Source: Candidatus Iainarchaeum sp. (GTDB lineage Archaea > B1Sed10-29 > WALL01). Taken from it: a DNA stretch of 64,000 nt. The translations under genes and the position numbers were made by a program. Location of the stretch: positions 1-64,000 of the forward strand of contig JAGMCR010000001.1 in assembly GCA_023129115.1 (NCBI GenBank), given 5' to 3'. Of this stretch, positions 39,043 through 47,832 are shown in pieces. Every line of letters starts with the position of its first letter. Positions within the stretch are counted from its first letter, which is position 1. The notes under the pieces were generated by a model. The model did no database searches. It had not been told where the DNA came from and worked only from the letters and a program-made list of their open reading frames with translations.

Positions 39043-39490
39043 TCAGCTTAAACTAAGCTGGCACGTTAGACTAAAGCGGGGCGTAAAGCCCCGCTAATAG
39101 GCCGAACCCCCGCGGGCGAAACGAGCTCGCGGTTTTAACTCTTTTTTCCGTCGACGCTTTTCCACCGAGCGAGCGCAAGCGAGTAACAGAAAAAGGGTCG
39201 GTGGGATGCCCGGCATGATGTAATCAGCTTAAACTAAGCTCAAACGAGAATCCCCCGGCGTTTTCCTTCGGGAAACTCGCCAGGTCCTGCGGGATTCACG
39301 TTATGGCACGTTAGACTAAAGCGGGGCGTAAAGCCCCGCTAATAGGCCGAACCCCCACAACAAACCGAGTAATTAACCGGGGGGACGCCAATTGGCGTCC
39401 CCCCCAGTTGTCTTTTTGCTGCGGCTCCCCCAGTTGCTTTTTCTTTTGCTTTCCCCCGTTTTGCTGGGGCTGCCCCCAGTTGCTTTTTCT
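39025..39490. repeat. Mosaic of duplicated blocks and hairpins downstream of the thermosome gene
   Basis: 35-bp DR 39025-39059 / 39206-39240; 53-bp DR 39059-39111 / 39304-39356; block 39143-39198 recurs at 62152-62207; palindrome 39379-39404; CCCCCAGTTG units. Confidence 0.9.
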
Positions 39491-39496
39491 TTGCAC

Positions 39497-39664
39497 CTAT
39501 AGCTGGTACAATTGCCCCTTGAACCACTGGTAAATCATCGCGAAGCATATCAGGTTCGAGAAGAGGAACACGACCATGTTGCCGCCGAACGTGTTCAGCA
39601 GTAGCTGGAATATCGTGAAGTAGTAAATCACTGCGATAATGAGTATTACGAGCACCTTCTTCAT
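39497..39664 (-). CDS. Small 2-TM membrane protein (55 aa)
   Basis: Hand translation MKKVLVILIIAVIYYFTIFQLLLNTFGGNMVVFLFSNLICFAMIYQWFKGQLYQL; not in ORF track. Confidence 0.7.
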   Translation of the reverse strand: MKKVLVILIIAVIYYFTIFQLLLNTFGGNMVVFLFSNLICFAMIYQWFKGQLYQL

Positions 39665-39723
39665 TGCCCTTACAAACGCGGAAGAACTATAAATTTATAT
39701 GGGAAGCCCGTGTTATCCAAGCA

Positions 39724-41964
39724 ATGAAAAGGCTTTTGCTGGTCCTGCTGCTCTTTTCGCTTGTTTTCGCCCAAATAGAAGAGCCCAAGCTAGTCAAGCA
39801 GCTAGACTCAGTAATCACGCAGACAGGCGCCATACGCGTAGTCGGTGGCCAAATGTACTCCGTGGAAATCAACGTCACCGTGCCGCAGGAGAGCCTCTAC
39901 CAGAAAGTAGACATGGGCGGCACCCTAGTCGACGACGCCGAAGGCAACCGGCTCGCCACGCTGTCCCACGACAGCCCCCCCAACCCCTTCGCCTACTCGG
40001 TCCAAAGCACTGTATCGACCAGCGAGCGCACCACGAAATGGCTCCCAACTGGCTACGAAGTCCCCGACGACTACCTCGTCTACACACAGCCCAGCGAAAG
40101 CGCCCAAAGCAACGACCCCGCAATCAAAGCCCTCGCCCAGGAGATTACGGCGGGCCTTGTCACGGACTTCGAGAGGGTCTCGGCCCTCGCGATATGGGTC
40201 CACAACAACATAGAGTACGACCTCTCCATCGTCGGCCAGCGCAAGGACGCGACGTGGGTACTCCAGAACGAGAGGGGGGTGTGCGTCGAGTACTCCAGCC
40301 TCTTCGCCGCGCTGGCGCGCTCGCTCGGCTACCCCACGCGCTACGTGCTCGGCAAGTCCTACGGCGAGTACGGCTGGCTAGGCCACGCGTGGAACGAGGC
40401 CTACATCGGCGACTGGGTTCCGGTCGACGCCACATGGCTCGAGGTCGGCCACCTCGACGCCACGCACATAGAGTTCTTCAGGAGCGCCGAGTCCAGCGCC
40501 CCCCAAAAAGTAGTCGCGAAGGTAAGCGGCGACGCGTCTATCCAGGCAGAGACGCCCGAGTTCGGCGGCGAGGCCGACGGCGTTACCGTGGAAATCTCTG
40601 ACGTTGCCGTTTCCCGGGAAAGGGCCGACTACAACTTCTCGCTCGTGGCCCCGTCCCTCGGGTTCGGCCAGCAGACCCTCGCCATCCTCGCGATTGAGGG
40701 AACTGACTACCGCGTCCTCGACTTGCGCCTCGTGCCGTGCAGGGCCGAAATCGACTTGATTGAAATCGAAGCGCCAGGCCGCGCCATAGTCCTCGAGCCC
40801 GGCAAGACCTCTTACGCCGCCTGGCTCCTCACCACGGCCACTGGCTTGGACCCCGGCATCAAGTACACGTGCCCCCTCACGCTCAACTCGCGCTACCTCG
40901 ACGAAAAAAGCGCGGCCCTCTCCATCCAGAAAACGCACAAGCCGAGCGGCCTCAAGGCAACGATTTACGACTCTGCCCTCGCGCCGGGACAGGAGGTTTC
41001 GGTCTACGCCGACGCCGAGCGCGGCGAGCAAATCACTGTCGCCGGCGACGGCTACCTCCACACTCGCCCCGCGTCCAGGGGAGCCATCGTGTTCTCGTTC
41101 ACGCCCACCCACACCGGTACGCACTCCGTGTTTGTCGCGGCCGAGAGCGGCGGCGTCGAGGAGCTCCAGTACACGGTCGAGAAAGAGGCAAAGGTATACA
41201 TCAAAAAAATCGATACGCCCGCCCGCGTGCTCGTCGGCGAAGAGTCCGACTTCAACATCACGCTCTCCAACGCCGGCAGTAAAGAGGAAAAAGTCAGCAT
41301 CAGGGTCTCGATTGGGGACGTCGAGCAGCTCACGCACCTCGTGATAGAGGAAAGCGCGGACATAGCATTCTTTTTCAGCCCGGGCTATCCCGGCAACGAG
41401 ACCCTCGTGGTCGAGGTGTCGGGCGAAGGCTTTTCCGACACGAAGACGCTGCCGGTCACTGTCTACGACGAGCCGTGGGTGGAGGTCGGCACCGCTTCCA
41501 TTGCCCCGGCCAATGGCAACGTGGTGGTGGCCATTCCGGTGGACTCCTCGAACTCTGTCCGGGAAGTCACGCTCTCCATGGCGGGGCAGCAGCAGACGCT
41601 GGTTTCCGGCAACGCCACTTTCCAGGTCGGGGGGGGCGTCTACGTCCTCACCATAGCGTGGACCGACCTCAACGGCGAGCCCCATAGCGAGGCCCGCACC
41701 ATAAACACAGCCCTCCCGGAAAAAGACGGGATTGGCGGCCTCACCACCCTGGCGATTGCAGTGGTCGGCGTGCTGGTGCTTGTCTTCCTAATCTATGCGG
41801 GCAGGAAGATATGGGCGGAAAGAAAGGCGGTGGAAGAGCAGAGGAAGGCAGAGGAAAGAAAGCGGCGAGTAGCAGAAATAATGGAAGAAAAGAAAAAAGA
41901 AGAAGTGGTGCAGGAAAAGCAAGCACCTGAAGAAGACAAAATGCCCTACGGGCCTACTTTTTGA
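39724..41964 (+). CDS. Secreted transglutaminase-like domain protein with Ig/CARDB-like domains and C-terminal TM
   Basis: Signal peptide; GVCVEYSSLFAALARSLGYPTR, HAWNE, WVPVDAT catalytic triad motifs. Confidence 0.9.
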   Translation: MKRLLLVLLLFSLVFAQIEEPKLVKQLDSVITQTGAIRVVGGQMYSVEINVTVPQESLYQKVDMGGTLVDDAEGNRLATLSHDSPPNPFAYSVQSTVSTSERTTKWLPTGYEVPDDYLVYTQPSESAQSNDPAIKALAQEITAGLVTDFERVSALAIWVHNNIEYDLSIVGQRKDATWVLQNERGVCVEYSSLFAALARSLGYPTRYVLGKSYGEYGWLGHAWNEAYIGDWVPVDATWLEVGHLDATHIEFFRSAESSAPQKVVAKVSGDASIQAETPEFGGEADGVTVEISDVAVSRERADYNFSLVAPSLGFGQQTLAILAIEGTDYRVLDLRLVPCRAEIDLIEIEAPGRAIVLEPGKTSYAAWLLTTATGLDPGIKYTCPLTLNSRYLDEKSAALSIQKTHKPSGLKATIYDSALAPGQEVSVYADAERGEQITVAGDGYLHTRPASRGAIVFSFTPTHTGTHSVFVAAESGGVEELQYTVEKEAKVYIKKIDTPARVLVGEESDFNITLSNAGSKEEKVSIRVSIGDVEQLTHLVIEESADIAFFFSPGYPGNETLVVEVSGEGFSDTKTLPVTVYDEPWVEVGTASIAPANGNVVVAIPVDSSNSVREVTLSMAGQQQTLVSGNATFQVGGGVYVLTIAWTDLNGEPHSEARTINTALPEKDGIGGLTTLAIAVVGVLVLVFLIYAGRKIWAERKAVEEQRKAEERKRRVAEIMEEKKKEEVVQEKQAPEEDKMPYGPTF

Positions 41965-42340
41965 GGATTTCAGCGCCGCGCTGTGCGTTGTCGAGCGAGA
42001 ACACAAGGTTGACTTTGTCGTTGCCCCTGCTCAACATGTAAATCGCTTCAATGTTCACGCCTTGCTTGCCGAGCTTCCTCGCGATTTCCGTGAGCGAGTT
42101 CGGCTTGTCGGCGACTGACTTTATCACCACGTCGTTCGCCGTGAACATAAAGTCCCCGTCCTCGAGGAGCTGCATTACTTTCTTGTCGTTGTCGACCACG
42201 ATGCGGATGAACCTCTGGTGGCCCACGCGGTCTGTGGCAATTGCTTTTAGGTTCACGCCATTCTTGCCAAGCAGTTCACATACCCTGGCCAGCTCGCCGG
42301 GCGAGTCGTCAAGCTCTATAACAAATTCGTTTGCTATCAT
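41954..42340 (-). CDS. Tandem ACT domain protein
   Basis: LDDSPGELA...GVNL and ADKPNSL...GVNIEAIY. Confidence 0.9.
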   Translation of the reverse strand: MIANEFVIELDDSPGELARVCELLGKNGVNLKAIATDRVGHQRFIRIVVDNDKKVMQLLEDGDFMFTANDVVIKSVADKPNSLTEIARKLGKQGVNIEAIYMLSRGNDKVNLVFSLDNAQRGAEILKK

Positions 42341-42414
42341 TTATTGAACACCTCTTGCAGTGCAAAAACTATTGATAACTGGTTTTTGGCTGGTGAATGT
42401 TTTATGCGCCCTAA

Positions 42415-43284
42415 CTATTTAATCCTGCCGATTATCTGGCACGCCTTGCAGGTTTCCCCGCTCGACGGCTCCCCGCACGCCTTGCACACCTTCGGCGCAG
42501 TCCCCGCTTTTTTGCCCCAGAACTCCGAGAGATAAAAATTAACGATGTTGTTCTTGGCGTTCGGGTGCTTCTTCTCGAACTCGTCCAAAAACCCGCGGAA
42601 ATTCCGCCTGTACGCGTCAATGGAGTACGGGCACCTGCTGTACTGGACTGGGAAGCCCATAGCCCTCGAGTACGCCGCGGTCTCGCTTTCCTTGATTAGG
42701 TAAAGTGGCTTTATTCGCGGCACGAACCCCTTTCCACTGCTCCGCGGCCCGCCCCGGTACACTTGTTTCGTGTCGTTCCTGAACACGTTCATAAGAAAGG
42801 CCTGTGCCTCGTCGTCCATGGTGTGGCCGGTCGCGACAACGTCGAACGCTTTGGCGTGCCTGTTGATCATCTGCCTGCGCAGCACGCCGCACAAGGCACA
42901 CATCTGCTGGTCCACCCCTTTCGCGGCAAGCATTTTCTTTATCTCGGGCACGGAGTGGCCAAGCTCTTCCTTGACCAAGTATTCAGTTAGGGGTATGCCG
43001 TGCTTTTCGCACACTGCGCGCAGGTTCTCCACGTTTTTGTCGGAGTGCTTTCCCCCGAACGCCGTCACAGTTATTCCCTCGACGCCGTACCCGAACTTGT
43101 GCAAGAGGTAAAGCAGCACGGTCGAGTCCTTGCCGCCGCTCACAGCGACCGCGACTTTGTCCTTCTTCCCGATTAAGGAAAACCTGCGTATCGTGTACCG
43201 TACCTTCTTCTCGAAGTACTCCATGAAATGGCTCTTGCAGAACCCCGAGCAATATTCTTTCTTGCCGCACTTGGTGCAGGGCAT
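42415..43284 (-). CDS. ttuA: tRNA 2-thiouridine synthetase, TtuA/Ncs6 (TIGR00269-like)
   Basis: N- and C-terminal Zn fingers, AVSGGKDS, CALCGVLRR, ATGHTMDDEAQ, RIKPL, CPY. Confidence 0.9.
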   Translation of the reverse strand: MPCTKCGKKEYCSGFCKSHFMEYFEKKVRYTIRRFSLIGKKDKVAVAVSGGKDSTVLLYLLHKFGYGVEGITVTAFGGKHSDKNVENLRAVCEKHGIPLTEYLVKEELGHSVPEIKKMLAAKGVDQQMCALCGVLRRQMINRHAKAFDVVATGHTMDDEAQAFLMNVFRNDTKQVYRGGPRSSGKGFVPRIKPLYLIKESETAAYSRAMGFPVQYSRCPYSIDAYRRNFRGFLDEFEKKHPNAKNNIVNFYLSEFWGKKAGTAPKVCKACGEPSSGETCKACQIIGRIK

Positions 43285-43335
43285 GCCACTATTTTTGCAG
43301 CAACGCTTTTAAATGAATGCGTGCATAAATCTTTC

Positions 43336-43824
43336 ATGACCTTGAAGAGGCACGTTTATGCCCTTACAGTCCTGTTCCTCGTCTTGGGCGGGGCTTTCGC
43401 GGTAATGCAGCTCGGCAGCGCCCCTGTTGGGTGGCGTTCCGCAAGGCAAATGGCCCGTGCGAGGTACACGCCCAGGGCGTACCAGCCCATGGCGTCTAGC
43501 CCTCCGTGCAACTTCACGGGGGCCTCCAATTACCGGAAAGTGAGCGGCAACTTCAGCATGGCCCTTACCGATCTTGTTGGGCTCCGAGGGTCCAAGAGCA
43601 AGATTATGCTAACCAGCTTTACGGTCACTACAAGCGGCGGCAAAGTGACGGCAGTCACCGCGAACATGTGCATGAGGACTGGCTCAAGGTTCAGCAAGAA
43701 GACGTTTAACTTGAACAAGCCAGTCACGATTGACAAGAGAGTGAAACTGACGGTCACTGGCGCCACTCGCTCGATGGTGCCGTGGGTCCCATCAACCGTA
43801 AACTTCAAGTTGACAAAGGACTAG
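43336..43824 (+). CDS. Hypothetical secreted basic beta-rich protein
   Basis: Signal/TM at N-terminus; own BRE/TATA (AACGCTTTTAAA). Confidence 0.7.
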   Translation: MTLKRHVYALTVLFLVLGGAFAVMQLGSAPVGWRSARQMARARYTPRAYQPMASSPPCNFTGASNYRKVSGNFSMALTDLVGLRGSKSKIMLTSFTVTTSGGKVTAVTANMCMRTGSRFSKKTFNLNKPVTIDKRVKLTVTGATRSMVPWVPSTVNFKLTKD

Positions 43825-43856
43825 GCTTTTTATTCCCAAAGCACTTTTCTTTTTGC

Positions 43857-44132
43857 ATGAAGCGAGCGCACTTGATTATTTCCGGTAGGGTACAAGGAGT
43901 GTTCTACCGCGCAGCTGTCCGCGACGCCGCGAGAGAATTCGACGTAACCGGCTTTGTCCGCAATTGCGCGGACGGCACTGTCGAAGTGGTGGCCGAGGGC
44001 GACGACGAAGAAGTAAAGCGGTTCGCCGAGGCGTGCTTCATCAACGACGGCACGCGCATGGCGGCCTCGATGGAAAAAGACTTCAGCGACATCGAAAAGC
44101 GGGAATACAGCGATTTCTCGATAACCTATTAA
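43857..44132 (+). CDS. acyP: Acylphosphatase
   Basis: ISGRVQGVFYR, GFVRN..DGTVEVVAEG. Confidence 0.95.
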   Translation: MKRAHLIISGRVQGVFYRAAVRDAAREFDVTGFVRNCADGTVEVVAEGDDEEVKRFAEACFINDGTRMAASMEKDFSDIEKREYSDFSITY

Positions 44133-44155
44133 ATCCTGGCTGCGTTAATTATACC

Positions 44156-46819
44156 ATGGCGAGAGCGGGCTATGCGAAGAGGGTGTCCACCCACCTCCGC
44201 AAGCGGATGAAAAAGCGCGAATTCTACAACTGGGACCGGCACTACGAAGCAGGGCGGATTGCGAATTCACTCGACAAGAAAGAGATGCCCCGCACGCTCG
44301 TCAAGGCCATTGACTACGTCGAGGACCAGAAGCTCTTGGCATCCCTCGTCTCCCATTCCAGCCCCGCAGTAAGAAAAAGAGCCGTTCTTAAGCTCGACTT
44401 GCCCGGTGAGGAGCACATCCAAAAGGCGCTTGAACAGGCAGCCGTTGACACGATCCCCAGTGTCAGGGCAATGGCTGTAATCAAGGCACGCCACTTGTTG
44501 CGTAATCACTATTTCCCTTACCTGGTCAACCTCATCGAGAACGCAGCCAGCGACCGCAGCAAGGAAGTCCGCGTCCAGGCAGACGACGCGCTTAAGACAA
44601 TTGCCATAAAGAAGCCAGTGTGGGAAAAAGCCACGGCAATCAAGCCCCTGGCCCTTAAGCTAATGGACGCCCTGAAACAAGAAGAGCTCTTCAACCCGCC
44701 TGAACATTACCCTGAGTCCAAGCGCCTAATAACTAATTTCGCGCACAGCAACAACGCCTACTCGAATGGCGCCCTCTCGTCCGTGCTCTTTAATTCCACT
44801 GGCATGATGATAACCGCTTCCGAGGGCCTCATCGACCGGCGCCCCGAACTCGCGAAAGACATAATCAAGTACGCCAAAGGCCTTTACGATTTATTCTCCA
44901 CCAAAAGCGTAAGCGAATTCTTTGACGAAAAGACGCTTAGTTTCAGCAAGCATGACCTTGGCCAGCGGCGCATGGAACGGGAGCAGGCCGTTAGCCGCCT
45001 GGCAGAGATTGCAATCAAGACAGGCGACCCCGGCGTCGTCGAAAAGCTCCTCGAAATTCGTGCTGCGGACGACACCTCAGGCGACGAAAAGGAGTATGCA
45101 GCCATGGGAATTCTCGCGGCGAACAAGGTCGCGCGCACCAAACAAACACGCGCAGCAGTGAACTCCTTGTCCCCAAAAGAGAAAGCCAACGCCTTGGAAG
45201 AACTAAAGCGCTGGAAGAGGATGGGGGAGCAATGGACGGCGCGCATGGCGGAAGCTGAAAAGGCACAGGAAGAGAAGCCCGTACCACCCCCTAAGCCAAA
45301 GCGCCTGTCCAGCAAGGAATCAAAAGAGATTGTGGCACTTGGCAACATGGGCGTAGACGAGGCACTTGGCCGCGCGTCTGAAGGCAAAATCTCTTTCGAG
45401 GACGCGCTCAAGGCAATCGAGTCCATACGGTCCCCGTATGCGGCTTCCGTGCTGTGGGACTTTTACGCCAATCTCTACCGAATGGAAAACCCTGAGTTAT
45501 CAGGGGACTGGCAGAAGGCCTACGGCATAGTGCCTTCTGCAAAAGAAGAGAAGAAAAAGAAAGAAGCCGCCCAAATGAGCCAATTCATGACGGCTTTTCT
45601 CACGGGATTCCAGCCATCGCCAGCGCTGCAGCTGCGCTTCAAAATTGGTGTTTCCCTCGCGAAGATAGACACCGAAGAAAGCCTCAAGCCCCTTCTCGCC
45701 TTGCTTGGGACTGACCTCCAGGCAAAACAAATACTCATCAACTCGGGGGAGACCGGCACCCACAAACTCAAGGAAATCGCAGGCAACGAAAAAGAAAAGT
45801 TCGAGAGGCGCACCGCAGCCATTTACTCCCTCACGGGAAAGCGGAACAGCCGGTTCCTGGTTGATCTCTTCAGCACGACAAAAGACCCACACATCAAAAT
45901 GTATTGCCTTGGGCAGCTGGCGCGTTCCGACCACGCCCTCTCGCCCGACCTCCTGCGGGAAGTTTTGTCAGAGGAGAGCCGCTCCCTTGACCCAAAGAAA
46001 GTACAGAAAATGGGTTTCCTTGACGGCCTCACGCCCAGCGTGACCACGACCGAGACCAAGAAGACTGAATCTGGCTATACCAGCACGACTACGCTCGGCA
46101 AAAAAGGGTACAACCCATTCAAGTTGACCAGCACGCACGCTGTTGCCACAGCCCTTCTGGGGGCCATGGCTGAGTGGGGGCCAGCCGAAGAGATTATGGA
46201 GAAGCACGCCGGCAACGAAGATGTTATGAAGTATGCTTCTAGTATCAAGAGCAGGGCGTACTCGTTTTTTGGTGTGGAGTCCATGCCCGACATTCCCAAA
46301 CGGGCCAAGCGGTCTATTGCAAACTCCCTCGTGAAAAGCGGAGAGACGCCGCTGGCGAAGGAGCTGGCCGAGGTTGTTGAGGCCACCGACGACCCCGAAG
46401 TAAAAACAATCGGCAACGCCCACCTGGATTCGATGGCACGCGCCCGCGGGGACGCCCAGGCGATGCTTGACGCGCTCAACATGACTGAGGACGAGAAACA
46501 AAAAGAGCAGGTCCAGCAGTTCCGCAAGGCCCTCGAGAACAAAAACTCCGTGATAACCACTTACACGCCCCCGAAATGGGCGCTACGAATTTTCAGGAAA
46601 GAGCTGGGTGAAACTTATTGCCGCGCGCACAACGACCACCAGTGGGCGGTCTATGGCGTTGGTGCTGAGGCCTTGAAAGGCAATCCCCACGCGCTCAAAG
46701 TTTTGAGGGAGCTCGGCCTGAAGTCTCCTGACGAGCACACCCGGAAGATGTCCAAGACTATTCTTGGCCACGTCAAGAAAAAGGCGAAGAAACAGAAGGC
46801 AGTAAAGGGCTCGAAATGA
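44156..46819 (+). CDS. Large HEAT-repeat/alpha-solenoid hypothetical protein
   Basis: HSSPAVRKRAV, DTIPSVRAMAV, DRSKEVRVQA repeats; basic N- and C-termini. Confidence 0.75.
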   Translation: MARAGYAKRVSTHLRKRMKKREFYNWDRHYEAGRIANSLDKKEMPRTLVKAIDYVEDQKLLASLVSHSSPAVRKRAVLKLDLPGEEHIQKALEQAAVDTIPSVRAMAVIKARHLLRNHYFPYLVNLIENAASDRSKEVRVQADDALKTIAIKKPVWEKATAIKPLALKLMDALKQEELFNPPEHYPESKRLITNFAHSNNAYSNGALSSVLFNSTGMMITASEGLIDRRPELAKDIIKYAKGLYDLFSTKSVSEFFDEKTLSFSKHDLGQRRMEREQAVSRLAEIAIKTGDPGVVEKLLEIRAADDTSGDEKEYAAMGILAANKVARTKQTRAAVNSLSPKEKANALEELKRWKRMGEQWTARMAEAEKAQEEKPVPPPKPKRLSSKESKEIVALGNMGVDEALGRASEGKISFEDALKAIESIRSPYAASVLWDFYANLYRMENPELSGDWQKAYGIVPSAKEEKKKKEAAQMSQFMTAFLTGFQPSPALQLRFKIGVSLAKIDTEESLKPLLALLGTDLQAKQILINSGETGTHKLKEIAGNEKEKFERRTAAIYSLTGKRNSRFLVDLFSTTKDPHIKMYCLGQLARSDHALSPDLLREVLSEESRSLDPKKVQKMGFLDGLTPSVTTTETKKTESGYTSTTTLGKKGYNPFKLTSTHAVATALLGAMAEWGPAEEIMEKHAGNEDVMKYASSIKSRAYSFFGVESMPDIPKRAKRSIANSLVKSGETPLAKELAEVVEATDDPEVKTIGNAHLDSMARARGDAQAMLDALNMTEDEKQKEQVQQFRKALENKNSVITTYTPPKWALRIFRKELGETYCRAHNDHQWAVYGVGAEALKGNPHALKVLRELGLKSPDEHTRKMSKTILGHVKKKAKKQKAVKGSK

Positions 46820-47592
46820 ATCTCCCGTTCGGAATGCGTGCCTCCACCCTGGAGGAAAGAAAGCGATTCTACGAAGGCTTTGACTTGCAAAAGGCAACGG
46901 GCTGGATTGGCCGCAAAGTGGTCTATGTAGTTATTATCGGCCGCCACTCCGGGATTTATCCGCCGCAGTTCGAGGAAGACAAGAGCGTGCCGCTCGTGAT
47001 TGACAACTACAAGACCCTGGACGATGTCATGAAGTACGTAATGAAGTACCTGCCCGAAGGCATTTACTACGACCGGAATTACTACCACGACTTTTCCCTG
47101 TGCCACTCGCACGACTTGAAGGACGCGTGGGACTGGGACAACTTCGCGGGCCAGCAGCTCGCGTTCGACATTGACTCTGAAAACGTCACCTGCCCCGAGC
47201 ACGGCACGTTGAAAGAACGTATGAAGCGCGGCGAAGGCCTCTCGTTCTGCGAAAAAGCCTTCGAAATCGCGCGCAAGAACACAAGCAACCTCTTCGACGC
47301 GCTCACACAAAATTACTCGGACCTACGCATCGTTTTCTCGGGAAGAGGGTTTCATATACATGTATTCGATAAGGACACGATAACGCTAACCCGCGACGAA
47401 CGGAAAAAAATCGCTTCCGACTACCTGCGCTTCGGAATAGACCGCTGGGTGACCGAGGGGGAAATGCGCTTGATTAGATTGCCTTACTCGCTGAACGGCA
47501 CATCCTCACGCATAGTCACGCCTATCAAGAAATCGGAATTGGGGGCCTTCAACCAGGGCGATTACTCGGCTTTTTTCTCGCCTTCCTTGTAG
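46816..47592 (+). CDS. priS: Archaeo-eukaryotic primase small subunit-like protein
   Basis: LAFDID (motif I), VFSGRGFHIHV (motif II), IDRWV...RLIRLPYSLN; CPEHG...C Zn site. Confidence 0.85.
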   Translation: MNLPFGMRASTLEERKRFYEGFDLQKATGWIGRKVVYVVIIGRHSGIYPPQFEEDKSVPLVIDNYKTLDDVMKYVMKYLPEGIYYDRNYYHDFSLCHSHDLKDAWDWDNFAGQQLAFDIDSENVTCPEHGTLKERMKRGEGLSFCEKAFEIARKNTSNLFDALTQNYSDLRIVFSGRGFHIHVFDKDTITLTRDERKKIASDYLRFGIDRWVTEGEMRLIRLPYSLNGTSSRIVTPIKKSELGAFNQGDYSAFFSPSL

Positions 47593-47735
47593 TACTGGGC
47601 TTTTTTCTCCTCTTCCCCGGTTTTTTTCTCGCCCTCTTTGTAGTAGCCCTTCTTCTCCGCTTCCCCGGCCTTCTTCTCCGCTTCCCCGGCCTTCTTTTCC
47701 CCTTCTTTGTAGTAGGCCTTCTTTTTCTCTTCCAT
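47562..47735 (-). CDS. 57-aa charged repeat peptide (3x YYKEGEKK)
   Basis: Hand translation MEEKKKAYYKEGEKKAGEAEKKAGEAEKKGYYKEGEKKTGEEEKKAQYYKEGEKKAE; TTATAT TATA-like box about 25 nt upstream; not in ORF track. Confidence 0.7.
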   Translation of the reverse strand: MEEKKKAYYKEGEKKAGEAEKKAGEAEKKGYYKEGEKKTGEEEKKAQYYKEGEKKAE

Positions 47736-47832
47736 GCCTAAGGCTACGCCAATTTGATATAATAAGCTTTCCCCGCAACCTATTTAAACAACAAATCCCT
47801 CCCTTTCCGCAGCAGGTTTTAGGTGAACCACT

